DNA of 62,449 nt from Methanobacteriota archaeon (GTDB taxonomy: Archaea > JAADCQ01 > Methanopyri > Methanopyrales > Methanopyraceae). Of the stretch, positions 1 through 8,682 are shown piece by piece. The stretch's first letter is position 1. Each line of letters starts with the position of its first letter. The notes under the pieces are model-generated. The model was not told where the DNA came from, did no database searches, and worked only from the letters and a program-made list of their open reading frames with translations. The position numbers and the translations under genes were made by a program. The stretch lies in the NCBI GenBank assembly GCA_027064305.1, contig JAMOPY010000046.1, forward strand, positions 1-62,449, read 5' to 3'.

Positions 1-111
1 CCGCTCCGCCCCGAACGCCTCCCCCAGCCTCACCAGCACCTCCAACAACCGCGCCTTCATCTCCCCCTCCTCACCGTCCAGAATCCGCTCCTCCTCCCGC
101 GTCAGGTACAC
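1..111 (-). CDS. Aconitase X catalytic subunit / phosphomevalonate dehydratase large subunit (DUF521), N-terminal fragment running off the window
   Basis: Manual translation from GTG at 111 gives MYLTREEERILDGEEGEMKARLLEVLVRLGEAFGAER, the typical AcnX N-terminus. Confidence 0.75.
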   Translation of the reverse strand, partial: MYLTREEERILDGEEGEMKARLLEVLVRLGEAFGAER

Positions 112-148
112 CGACGCCGCACCCCCCCGAACCGACCCGCCGACAAGA

Positions 149-155
149 TTAAATA
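149..155 (+). promoter_or_regulatory. TATA box, probably for tRNA-Phe
   Basis: TTAAATA in an AT-rich patch about 40 nt upstream of the tRNA. Confidence 0.5.
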
Positions 156-193
156 GACGGGCCCGAACGCCACCTCGACGGCCCCGGCGCGAG

Positions 194-302
194 GCCGCGG
201 CAGCTCAGCCTGGGAGAGCGCCGGACTGAAGAGGTCCCGCGGGTCATCCGCGGGACCTTGGCCATCCGGTGGGCCCGGGTTCAAATCCCGGCCGCGGCAC
301 CA
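194..302 (+). tRNA. tRNA-Phe(GAA) with 32-nt intron (232-263) at canonical 37/38; C8; encoded CCA
   Basis: Acceptor stem GCCGCGG/CCGCGGC, anticodon stem CCGGA/TCCGG around CT-GAA-G, T arm CCGGG-TTCAAAT-CCCGG. BHB motif: bulges 230-232 and 262-264, 4-bp central helix, intron hairpin 233-242/248-257. Confidence 0.96.
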
Positions 303-311
303 AAAGCCGCA

Positions 312-335
312 AATCGTTACGAGATTCAAAACGTT
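312..335. repeat. Palindromic motif copy 1 (ATCGTTAC-GAGATTC-degenerate right arm)
   Basis: AATCGTTACGAGATTC at 312-327 is identical to 3732-3747. Confidence 0.75.
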
Positions 336-422
336 GTTTCCGAATCGCGGTCCGAGGGACCCGGCCGGTCCGCATCGTTCTCCGCTTACGCCCGGCCGGC
401 GCGCCCCCGAGAGGTGCTCGCG

Positions 423-2120
423 GTGAACTCGGAAGCCATCGAGACCGTCCTTGCCAGGCTGCTCGGGGTGCTGCTGGGCAGGGGAGCGCTCCGCGGCGGT
501 GGCCGGCCGCGCGTGCGCCTCTCGGTGCCCAACGAGGGGACGCGGGATCTCCTTGAGGACCTGCGCCGGTTCGGCGTGAGCCCGTCGGTGCGGCGGGGCA
601 AGCGGTGGACGAGCGTGGAGTCGCGGGACGCTCGCCTCCTGAGCGCGCTGGCCGTGGCTGGCGCGTCCCCGGGCACGGGTCGAATCCCGGGCTGGGTGTT
701 TGAGGATCCGAGCGCGGCGCGTGAGCTGCTGTCCGGGCTCTACAGCGTGCGCGGGGAGGTGCCAGGGTTCGACGGGGGTCGTCCCCGGCCGGTGCGGCTG
801 GAGCTTCGGACGCGGGCGGATCGGGAGGGTAGCCTGCTCTTCCTGGCGCTCGACGTCCTCAGGTTGCTCAACTCGCTGGGCGTGGGCGCGGAGGTGGTGG
901 GGCTGTCTCCGGTCTCCTCCGGGCGCTACCGGTACGCCCGGATGGGGGTGCTGGTGCGCGGTCGGCGCGACCTGCTCCGGTTCCTCTCGCGGGTCCGGTT
1001 CCGCTACAATCCCCGGGAGGAGGAGCGGGCCCGGTTGGTTCTGGGGGAGCTCGCTCGGCGGGAGGCGAGGCTGTCGGCGCGGTGGCCGGCTCGGTGGAAC
1101 GGGGCGGCCCGTCTCGCCGGGGACCGGGGCGCCGGCGTGGTCGTAGGCACCGGGCTGGGGTTCGAGCTCGCGGGCCCGGAGGGTCAGCGCGTTCCTACTC
1201 CAGGGGGCGAGCGGCGGTTGGGTGATCTCGAGCCGGGGGATCGGGTCGTGCTGTACCCGGTGGAGGTGCCGCCGGCGGTGGATCGGCGGGGCGTGCTGCT
1301 GTCGGACGTTGGCGCCTCGGGCGGTGCTCGCGGGTTCCTGCGGGATCTGGGACTGCTGCCGCTGCGGTGGGAGGATCCGGCGGTCCCGGCGCTGGCTAGG
1401 ATCGTGGGCTACGCGGTGGGCGACGGTCACTTGGAGCGGGACGTGGTCAAGTTCTACGGGGAGTCGGCGGGGCTGCGTTGGCTGGAGCGAGATCTCGGGA
1501 CGTTGGGCCTCTCGCCGGTGAGGTACGAGTACGAGGATAGGGACTCGGTGGAGGTGGCCGTGCACTCGGAGGGGTTCGCGGCGCTGCTGCGGGAGCTCGG
1601 GGTGCCGGAGGGCCGGAAGGCGGGTAGGGTGGAGGTGCCGGGGTGGGTTCGTCAGGGCCCGAGGCGGGTGGTGCTGGAGTTCCTGGCCGGGCTCTTCGGT
1701 GCCGATGGATGGGTGTCGGTGGCTGACGGAGGGAGGGTGAGGGTGGGCATCGCCCAGGCATCGCCGTTCGAGGACCCTCCTCGCGTTCTGCCGGAGATCA
1801 ACGCGATGCTGGACGAGGTGGTCGGTGCGCGCTCGGTGGTTCTCAGGAGCCGGTCGTACGAGACCTCCGAGGGTGAGCGTCGGTGGCTCTTCAGGCTGGA
1901 GCTCCGCGGCGAGCGCGCGGAGCGGTTCCTGACCCGGGTTCCCTTCGAGTACTCGCTGCGGAGGCGGGCACGCGGGCTGTGGGCGGGCGCGTTCCTGCGG
2001 TACCGGTCCCGGGGAGGAGGGGGCTCGTTCGAGCGGTTCGTGCGGGAGCGCTGCCTGCCGGGTGGTCGGGTGGTCGATCGGGTGGTGTCGGTCAGCGCTT
2101 TAGCTCGCGGCAGACGCTGA
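423..2120 (+). CDS. Free-standing intein-derived protein with two tandem LAGLIDADG endonuclease domains and a Hint remnant (RtcB-intein-like)
   Basis: Motifs ARIVGYAVGDGHL and EFLAGLFGADG, LGLLPLRW, Hint-like RVPTPGGERRLGDLEPGDRVVLYP. Degenerate N-terminal copy LARLLGVLLGRG / LLSGLYSVRG. GAGGTG SD before GTG 423. Confidence 0.8.
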   Translation: MNSEAIETVLARLLGVLLGRGALRGGGRPRVRLSVPNEGTRDLLEDLRRFGVSPSVRRGKRWTSVESRDARLLSALAVAGASPGTGRIPGWVFEDPSAARELLSGLYSVRGEVPGFDGGRPRPVRLELRTRADREGSLLFLALDVLRLLNSLGVGAEVVGLSPVSSGRYRYARMGVLVRGRRDLLRFLSRVRFRYNPREEERARLVLGELARREARLSARWPARWNGAARLAGDRGAGVVVGTGLGFELAGPEGQRVPTPGGERRLGDLEPGDRVVLYPVEVPPAVDRRGVLLSDVGASGGARGFLRDLGLLPLRWEDPAVPALARIVGYAVGDGHLERDVVKFYGESAGLRWLERDLGTLGLSPVRYEYEDRDSVEVAVHSEGFAALLRELGVPEGRKAGRVEVPGWVRQGPRRVVLEFLAGLFGADGWVSVADGGRVRVGIAQASPFEDPPRVLPEINAMLDEVVGARSVVLRSRSYETSEGERRWLFRLELRGERAERFLTRVPFEYSLRRRARGLWAGAFLRYRSRGGGGSFERFVRERCLPGGRVVDRVVSVSALARGRR

Positions 2121-2946
2121 GCTCGTGTCCGTGTTTGGAGACGGGCTTGACCTCTCGGAACAGCTCGAGGAGGTGGCCGCGGATCTCGCGGACGGCTCGG
2201 ACCCAGCCGGTGAAGCCGTGGGCGATGATGGCGGTGCGGACGTGGGGTCGCTCCTCCTCCAGCTTTTTCAGGAGCTCGAGGGCGGAGGCGTAGGGTGGGT
2301 CGGCGGTGAGGAGGTCGATGGGCTCGAGCTCGCGGAGGTTGAGTTCGCGGAAGTCGGCCTCGATGATCTCGATGCCCTCGCTCTCGAGGCGTTCGCGCAC
2401 GTTGGGGTGGATCTTGGCGTCGATGGCGTAGATCTCGTCGTAGCCGGCGCGGGCGGCGGCGAGTGCGGCGGCTCCGGTGCCGGTGAAGAGGTCGACGGCG
2501 CGCTCTCCCTCGGTCTTTTGGACGAGCTTGGGGAGGACGGGGTTGGGGCCGACGATCTCGCGGGCGCCGAGGACGACGTAGGGGATGTCGAGCTCGCGGC
2601 AGGTTCGGTAGATGGGGTGGTTCTCGTCGAGGATGTTCTCCCTGAGGGCGCGCTCGAGGGGGAGGTAGCGGAACTCCTCGGTCTCGTCGCGGAGGCCGGC
2701 GTTGGTGACGCTGACGTGGACGCGGGCGTCGTGTCCGTGGGCGGCGAGGTAGCCCTCGACGTAGCCTTCTAGGTACTGGCGGTTGCGGCCGCCCTTGCCC
2801 TCGACGTTGCGGCGTTGGTTGGTGAGGACGTGGATGTGGAGGGTGTCGTTGGAGACGGTGGTCACGTGGGTCCAGGCGTCGGGGTCGAAGACGGTGCGCT
2901 CGAGGGCTTTTTTGACGGCTTGGTGGGCGAGTTTCTCGGGTCGGAT
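2092..2946 (-). CDS. SAM-dependent amino-methyltransferase (DPPY motif); probable ATC start at 2946 (first canonical GTG at 2865)
   Basis: Motif I VDLFTGTG and motif IV TADPPY. The frame is open upstream of 2865 to ATC 2946, which follows AAGGGGGGA. Confidence 0.8.
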   Translation of the reverse strand: MRPEKLAHQAVKKALERTVFDPDAWTHVTTVSNDTLHIHVLTNQRRNVEGKGGRNRQYLEGYVEGYLAAHGHDARVHVSVTNAGLRDETEEFRYLPLERALRENILDENHPIYRTCRELDIPYVVLGAREIVGPNPVLPKLVQKTEGERAVDLFTGTGAAALAAARAGYDEIYAIDAKIHPNVRERLESEGIEIIEADFRELNLRELEPIDLLTADPPYASALELLKKLEEERPHVRTAIIAHGFTGWVRAVREIRGHLLELFREVKPVSKHGHELSVCRELKR

Positions 2947-2960
2947 GGGGGTGTCCCCCC

Positions 2961-3620
2961 TTGCTGGAGGTGTACTCGTGCGAGGAGTTCTCGGTGTATC
3001 GGGTGGGTGGAAAGGGCGTGACGCCGGCGCCGGACTGCAACTGCTACCTGTTGGCGTCGGGCGGGGAGGGGTTGTTGGTGGACGTGGGTGCGACGGGTGA
3101 GGTGGTCCGGAGGGTGGGTGACGTGGAGGTCGTGGGGGTCGTGTTGACGCACGCTCACTACGATCACGCGGCGGCGGGGCCGCGGGCGTTGGGGAGGGGT
3201 TGGAAGGTGGGGGTTCATCCGGCGGAGGCGGAGGTGCTGCGGGAGGGGGACGATCGGAGGTCGGCGGCGTACCTGTTCGGGGCGTCGATGCCGGCGTTCG
3301 AGCCGTCGTTCACGTTCCGGGATGGGGACGTGATCGAGGTGGGGGAGGTGAGGGTGCGGGTGTTGCACACGCCGGGGCACTCGCCTGGGAGCTGCTGTTT
3401 CCTGGTGGGGGACGTGGCGTTCACGGGGGATACGGTGTTCGGGTTCGGGCCGGGTCGGTGGGATCTGCCGGGTGGGGATCGGGAGCGGTTGTGCGAGTCG
3501 TTGGAGCGGTTGCTGGCGGTGGGGGTGGAGTCGATCTTCCCGGGGCACGGGTTTGAGGTGGTGGGGGAGGCGGAGTCGGCGATCGAGGCGGCGCTGCGGG
3601 AGGCCGAAAAAGATATTTAG
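2961..3620 (+). CDS. MBL-fold metallo-hydrolase (glyoxalase II-like)
   Basis: THAHYDH, HTPGHSPGS, FTGD and PGHG motifs. Confidence 0.9.
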   Translation: MLEVYSCEEFSVYRVGGKGVTPAPDCNCYLLASGGEGLLVDVGATGEVVRRVGDVEVVGVVLTHAHYDHAAAGPRALGRGWKVGVHPAEAEVLREGDDRRSAAYLFGASMPAFEPSFTFRDGDVIEVGEVRVRVLHTPGHSPGSCCFLVGDVAFTGDTVFGFGPGRWDLPGGDRERLCESLERLLAVGVESIFPGHGFEVVGEAESAIEAALREAEKDI

Positions 3621-3648
3621 CCGCGCCGGGGTGCGCGTGCCTGGGGGT

Positions 3649-3724
3649 GCGGCCGCAGTCTAGTCTGGTAGGACGCGGGCCTGCCGAGCCCGTGGCCCGG
3701 GTTCAAATCCCGGCGGCCGCACCA
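3649..3724 (+). tRNA. tRNA-Gly(GCC); C8; encoded CCA
   Basis: Acceptor GCGGCCG/CGGCCGC, anticodon arm CGGGC-CT-GCC-GA-GCCCG, T arm CCGGG-TTCAAAT-CCCGG, ACCA end; TATTTA at 3614-3619 upstream. Confidence 0.96.
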
Positions 3725-3731
3725 TACCGGG

Positions 3732-3755
3732 AATCGTTACGAGATTCGTAACGAT
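3732..3755. repeat. Palindromic motif copy 2 (ATCGTTAC-GAGATTC-GTAACGAT)
   Basis: Perfect inverted repeat ATCGTTACGA/TCGTAACGAT just downstream of the tRNA-Gly CCA. Confidence 0.8.
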
Positions 3756-3770
3756 GGTGCGGTGAGGGGG

Positions 3771-5582
3771 CTAGGCGGCGGCGCGTCGCCGGATGCGCGT
3801 CGCCTCCCGCAGGATCCGCAGCGCCTGCAGGAGTTCCTCGCCCGCTTCGGTGATCTTCCAGCCGCTCATCATCTTCGTTCGCCGGAGCACGGTGACCACC
3901 TTCTTGGCCTGGTCCAGCGTGACGTCCGCCTCCTTCAGCAGCGTCTTCGGGAACTTCGACAGCTTCTTCGCCCCGTAGCCCCGGTCCTTCAGCGTGGCCA
4001 CGGCCTCCAGGAACCGGGCGGAGACCGGGGTGATCGGGTGCTTCAGCTTGAGTATCTCCATCGTCTGCCCCTTGCTCACGGCCCTTCGTAGGTGCAGGCC
4101 GGCCCGGGTCAGCGAGACGTAGCCGGTCAGCAGCTCGTCCACGATGCCCCGGGACTCGAGGCGGTCCAGGTGGTCCAGCACCTCGTGCTCCAGGAGCCCG
4201 TACCGGTTTTCCAGGTCCTCGATCAGGTCCTCGCGGGCCACGGCCTCCGGGGGGATCCGGTACACGATCTTCGCCTCGTCCCCGGTCAGGAACGGGGCCC
4301 GCTCCACGTTCTTGGCCGCCTTGGAGGCCAGCAGTCCCTTGGAGGTGATCGCCGACTTCGACACCAGTCCCTGCCGGTGCGCCTCCTCCAGCCACTCGGG
4401 CGCCGGGGCCTCGTGGCCCAGTGAGATGGTGACGGCCTTGACGGCGACGGCGCGGACGGGGGTGCCGAGCTGGTGCAGCATCCGCTCTCCCTCCTCCGTC
4501 AGCACCCAGATGGGCTTGCCCTTCTCCTGACCGTAGTCGCAGACGGTCTTCTCGATGAACCCGTGCGCCTCGAGCTCCTTGAGCTCCGTGGACGGGTCGG
4601 GGTCGTGCTCCCCGTACTCCTCCACCAGCACGCGCTTGATGCGGGCGAGCGTGGGGGCGACGTTGGGGTTCTCGTCCGGGTTGTGGAGTCGGTCGATGAT
4701 CTCCAGCAGCCGGAGCTCCTCCGGCCGTAGGCTGATCGGCGGGACGCCGGGGACGTCCTCACCGAGCATCTCGTAGGCGCGCAGCACGTGCTCGCCGGCC
4801 CGCGTCAGCGAGCCCTCCCAGGCGTACCCTAGTCGTTCCAGCCGCTCCATGTCCTTGGGCTCCTTCCCCTCGTCCACGGCCTTGACGTCCTCCATGATCT
4901 CCGGGGAGAGGACGACGTGCATGGCCGGGACGGCCTTTTCCAGGGCGAACTTGACCTCCCGGCCCAGGGCCGTCAGCGTGTAGGTTCGCCCCCCGTCGAT
5001 GGGGGGCGAGATCACGAGCAGCCGCATCGCCTCGAGGGCGTGGAGGACGTTGTCCGGGATCCCCAGCGTTTCCCGGTACTTGATGAGCGCCTTGGCGGTG
5101 CCGGGACCGGGGGGCAGCCGGGCGATGACGCCGGAGACGTCCTGGGTCACGTAGAGTCGCGGGGTGGCCTTCAGGTAGGCGTTCAGAATCAGCTCGCCGG
5201 CCTCCGTGAGCTCCTCTCCCTCGGCCAGGCCGCGCTCCTCCAGCAGTTCGCTCCACTCCTCGGGGACGGCGGACAGAGACGAGTGCTTGAGCGCGAGGAT
5301 GGTGTCCGAGCCCACCCACCGCTCGTGGGGCCACTCGTGCGGGTCGGCGTCCAGCGTCTCCACGGCTCGCTCCGCCGCCTCGGCGGCGAGCCGGCCCGCC
5401 TCCGTGAGCTCCCACTCGTTGGGTCCAACCCGCCGCATCAGGCCCTGCAGTTCGAGCTCGAGGAGCCTTCTGGGGACGATCTCGGTGGTCGTCTCCGCCT
5501 CCTCCGCGATCTCCCGGGCCTCCTCCCTACCGGCCCGCTGGACCGTGAGGAGCACGTCCGCGTGATCCCGCAGGAGGAGCAA
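3771..5582 (-). CDS. DUF505-family protein with repeated winged-helix-like units
   Basis: 603 aa with repeated (W/Y)xLTxxG wing motifs and WVGSDTILAL; coding-like codon usage. Confidence 0.7.
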   Translation of the reverse strand: MLLLRDHADVLLTVQRAGREEAREIAEEAETTTEIVPRRLLELELQGLMRRVGPNEWELTEAGRLAAEAAERAVETLDADPHEWPHERWVGSDTILALKHSSLSAVPEEWSELLEERGLAEGEELTEAGELILNAYLKATPRLYVTQDVSGVIARLPPGPGTAKALIKYRETLGIPDNVLHALEAMRLLVISPPIDGGRTYTLTALGREVKFALEKAVPAMHVVLSPEIMEDVKAVDEGKEPKDMERLERLGYAWEGSLTRAGEHVLRAYEMLGEDVPGVPPISLRPEELRLLEIIDRLHNPDENPNVAPTLARIKRVLVEEYGEHDPDPSTELKELEAHGFIEKTVCDYGQEKGKPIWVLTEEGERMLHQLGTPVRAVAVKAVTISLGHEAPAPEWLEEAHRQGLVSKSAITSKGLLASKAAKNVERAPFLTGDEAKIVYRIPPEAVAREDLIEDLENRYGLLEHEVLDHLDRLESRGIVDELLTGYVSLTRAGLHLRRAVSKGQTMEILKLKHPITPVSARFLEAVATLKDRGYGAKKLSKFPKTLLKEADVTLDQAKKVVTVLRRTKMMSGWKITEAGEELLQALRILREATRIRRRAAA

Positions 5583-5612
5583 CCGCTCGCCCTGCGGCCC
5601 GGTCGACGGCCC

Positions 5613-6767
5613 TTATAAAAACCTATCGAGGGTGGACTGCCGGTCGCGCCTGAGGGCGCGTAGCGCCGCGCGTGCGGGACCATCCAGGCGCTCGCGGAGG
5701 GCCTCCAGCAGCTCTCCGTGGTCGTCCGTCCTCATCACCTCCTCCGCCCTCCGGACGGCCTCCCGGATCACCCAGGCCCCGAGCGGGGCGGAGTACTCCC
5801 GGCGGACGACTCGGATGACCGTGATCCCGAACTGTCGACCGAGGTCCCGGCACGCCTCCAGGGCTCCCACCCGGGCGGCGTAGTACGCGCCGCCGGTCTC
5901 CTCGGGCTCGCGTTCCCGGCTCACCTCCGCGTCGCGGAGCACCGTGACCCGCTCGCGGTCGGACCAGGGGGCGCCGGGCTCGTACACCTCAATGAGCTCG
6001 TACGAGAGGGGTTCGGGTCGTAGGATCACCCACATCTCGTTGCCGAAGAGCTCTCCGTGGAGCAGTCGGTAGTCGTCGCCCGGGGGCAGTTCTCGGACGG
6101 TGCGCTTGAGGTGGTCGGAGACGATCGAATCAACGGCCGCGACGCTCCATCGGGTGGGGACGAGGCGGCGGTCGGATGGGCGTCCGAGCAGGCCCAGGGA
6201 GAGGGCTCGGGCGATGTACCCCTCGTCGAACCCGCGCTCGTAGAGCTCGATCACCGCCCGCTCGGCCTTCAACTCGTCCTCGTGGACCCGCTCGAGGTGG
6301 CTCGGGACGCGCGGGGTCCCGTCCAGCTCGAGTCGCCCGTCGACGAGCGGTCCGAGGAAGGGGGCCGTGCGGGTGGGGTCGCTGAGTCGGCGCTCGACGT
6401 GAAGGGTGCTCTCGACGGGGCGGGCGGAGACCGTGGCCTCGATCTCTTCGTGGGAGAGGTCGGGGGTCTCGCGCACGTGCCTCCGCTCGCTGCGCTTGCG
6501 GAAGGTGAGGGCGCGGAGCTCGAGGAGCTCGTCGTAGGGGAGACGGGCCAGCGCTCGGCCCTCGTCGGGAATGTCCCGCTCGCCGACGCCGGGGGCCAGG
6601 CGGACGCGTGGGTATCCGCGCCACGAGACGTGGACGGTGAGGGTGTATCCGTCCAGGTCCCGGTGCCGGGATAGTCGCTCGCGGACCTCGCGCAGTGCGG
6701 CCAGGTACACGCACTCGTCCCGGCCGCACCAGCCGCGGCCCCGGCACCTCGGGCACAGGCCTCCCAT
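5613..6767 (-). CDS. nreA: Nre-family DNA repair protein (PCNA-interacting)
   Basis: N-terminal LCPRCRGRGWCG, RRLVPTRWSVAAVD, GGAYYAAR, PLGAWVIRE, C-terminal PIP box QSTLDRFL. Confidence 0.85.
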   Translation of the reverse strand: MGGLCPRCRGRGWCGRDECVYLAALREVRERLSRHRDLDGYTLTVHVSWRGYPRVRLAPGVGERDIPDEGRALARLPYDELLELRALTFRKRSERRHVRETPDLSHEEIEATVSARPVESTLHVERRLSDPTRTAPFLGPLVDGRLELDGTPRVPSHLERVHEDELKAERAVIELYERGFDEGYIARALSLGLLGRPSDRRLVPTRWSVAAVDSIVSDHLKRTVRELPPGDDYRLLHGELFGNEMWVILRPEPLSYELIEVYEPGAPWSDRERVTVLRDAEVSREREPEETGGAYYAARVGALEACRDLGRQFGITVIRVVRREYSAPLGAWVIREAVRRAEEVMRTDDHGELLEALRERLDGPARAALRALRRDRQSTLDRFL

Positions 6768-6843
6768 GGTTGTTCACTCCCGGTCGCGCGCTGAGCGCGG
6801 TTTCGTAATGGTTTAATTCGAGCTACGGTCGTGGTCTCGCGGG

Positions 6844-7614
6844 GTGTTGGAGTTGTCGGTGGAGAAGGTTTCGACCGGTATTCCCGGGATGGACGACGTG
6901 CTGAACGGGGGGATCCCGGAGCGGAACGCGGTGCTGTTGACGGGAGGTCCGGGCACGGGGAAGACTATCTTCTCGCAGCAGTTCATCTGGTCCGGGCTGG
7001 AGGAGGGCGAGCCGGGCGTGTTCGTGACGCTGGAGGAGCACCCGGTGCAGGTGCGGAAGAACGCGGAGGGGTTCGGCTGGAACTTCCGGGAGTACGAGCA
7101 GGAGGGGATGCTGGCGGTTGTGGACGCGTTTACGGCGGGGATCGGGAAGGCGAGCGAGTACGAGAAGTACGTGGTGAAGGACCCGACGGACATCAGCGAG
7201 CTGACGGGGGTGATCCGGAGGGCGGTGGAGGACGTGGACGCGAAGCGGGTGGCTATCGACTCGGTCACCCCGCTGTACATGGACAAGCCGAGCGTGGCGC
7301 GGCGGATCATGTTCCGGTTGAAGCGGATGCTGGCGGGGCTGGGGTGCACGACGATCCTGGTGAACCAGATCGCGGCGCACGAGCGGGGGTTCGGCGGGCC
7401 CGGCGTGGAGCACGCGGTGGACGGGATCATCCGGCTGGACCTGGACGAGGTGGGCGGGCGGCTCTGGAGGTCGCTGATCGTGTGGAAGATGCGGGGCACG
7501 GCGCACAGCATGTACCGGCACCCGTTCGAGATCAGTGACGAGGGGATTCGGGTGGATCCCGACAAGGTCTTCGACAAGAGCAGCGGCCAGGTGCGAGAGA
7601 TCCCGGAGGAGTGA
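6844..7614 (+). CDS. KaiC-like RecA-superfamily ATPase
   Basis: [37 protein letters not shown]. Confidence 0.9.
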   Translation: MLELSVEKVSTGIPGMDDVLNGGIPERNAVLLTGGPGTGKTIFSQQFIWSGLEEGEPGVFVTLEEHPVQVRKNAEGFGWNFREYEQEGMLAVVDAFTAGIGKASEYEKYVVKDPTDISELTGVIRRAVEDVDAKRVAIDSVTPLYMDKPSVARRIMFRLKRMLAGLGCTTILVNQIAAHERGFGGPGVEHAVDGIIRLDLDEVGGRLWRSLIVWKMRGTAHSMYRHPFEISDEGIRVDPDKVFDKSSGQVREIPEE

Positions 7615-8682
7615 TCACCCGGGCAGGCCGAACCGGAGCAGGGCCGCGACCCCTCCCAGCTCCAGCAGCCGCTCGCCCCACTCGTGCTCGGTGCTCACGA
7701 TGAGCACGTCGCCGCCCGTGCGCTCCACGTACTCCACGAGCTCGCGCACGTCCTCGTCCCCCTCCACCATCGCCCGCCGGAAGACCTCGTCGGCGATCAG
7801 CAGCGTCTCGACGGCGCCGAACTCCGCCGCCCGCTTGCAGTCCTCCAGCCCGTAGGCGACCGTGTCGTCCCCGCGGCCGATCCGCTTGAACACCTCCTCC
7901 ACGTGCCGGGCCTCCTCGGCGACGCGGGACTCCTCCACCACCCGCTCCACCGCGCCGCGCCGGATCATCTCGACGAGGCCCGACTCGTCGGCCGATCCGG
8001 TGTCCTCCACCGCCGGGTTGATCCCGCGCTCCTCCCGGAGGAACTCCGCGAACTCCTCCTTCACGAACCCGGGCCCGCCGACGACCAGGTGCTCAACGCC
8101 CTCTTCCTTCATCACCCGCTCGATCTCGTCCGCGAGCCGGTGGAAGAACTCGCGGAGCTCGGCGCGACGGTCCCCGCCCCGCTTACCGGGCACGTTGTGT
8201 CGAACGCGGGCCACCACGTCGAGCCCGTAGTCCCGGACGATCCCCAGCGTGCCCTCCCCCGCGTCGACGGCGACCAGCAGCACGGGCGGTCGGGACATCT
8301 CCGCCTCCTCGAGCCGCTCCAGGTCCTTCCGGTCCCACTCCTCCTTCACCACCTTGATCCGCTTGCCCGTGGTGACGTTGATCGTGTGGTGGGAACCGGA
8401 CTCGGGTCCGTGCTCGATGATCCCCTTGATCCGGAGCCGGTTGGAGTACTTGTCGAACTCCGTGTCCTCGACGCGGACGCCCAGGTACACGGGCCGCCGC
8501 TCGCCCTTGTCCCGTCGGATCGTCTCGGCGCGCTCGTCCTTCACCCGACGCCGCTCCAGGGCGAACACGAGGTCGCCCTTCCGCACGATGTGGTACAGGT
8601 GCCAGAGATCGTCCAGCGTCTCCGGTAGGACCTCCACGTACCCCTTATCCAGGTCCTTCTCCAGGATCTTCACGCTCACCAC
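7615..8682 (-). CDS. pelA: Pelota / Dom34 ribosome rescue factor
   Basis: PETLDDLWHL, RLRIKG, HHTINV, GGPGFVK, AYG, LGGVAALLRF. Confidence 0.93.
   Translation of the reverse strand: MVSVKILEKDLDKGYVEVLPETLDDLWHLYHIVRKGDLVFALERRRVKDERAETIRRDKGERRPVYLGVRVEDTEFDKYSNRLRIKGIIEHGPESGSHHTINVTTGKRIKVVKEEWDRKDLERLEEAEMSRPPVLLVAVDAGEGTLGIVRDYGLDVVARVRHNVPGKRGGDRRAELREFFHRLADEIERVMKEEGVEHLVVGGPGFVKEEFAEFLREERGINPAVEDTGSADESGLVEMIRRGAVERVVEESRVAEEARHVEEVFKRIGRGDDTVAYGLEDCKRAAEFGAVETLLIADEVFRRAMVEGDEDVRELVEYVERTGGDVLIVSTEHEWGERLLELGGVAALLRFGLPG

Noticed and set aside
258-422. N-terminal 55 codons of the 620-aa ORF
   Set aside because: They overlap tRNA-Phe and the palindrome; the SD-supported start is GTG 423.
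102-1565. Long antisense or alternate-frame ORFs (also 28739-31279, 16063-17997, 31833-33710, 41196-43040 and others)
   Set aside because: Arg/Pro/His-rich shadows of real genes caused by high GC; no recognisable motifs.
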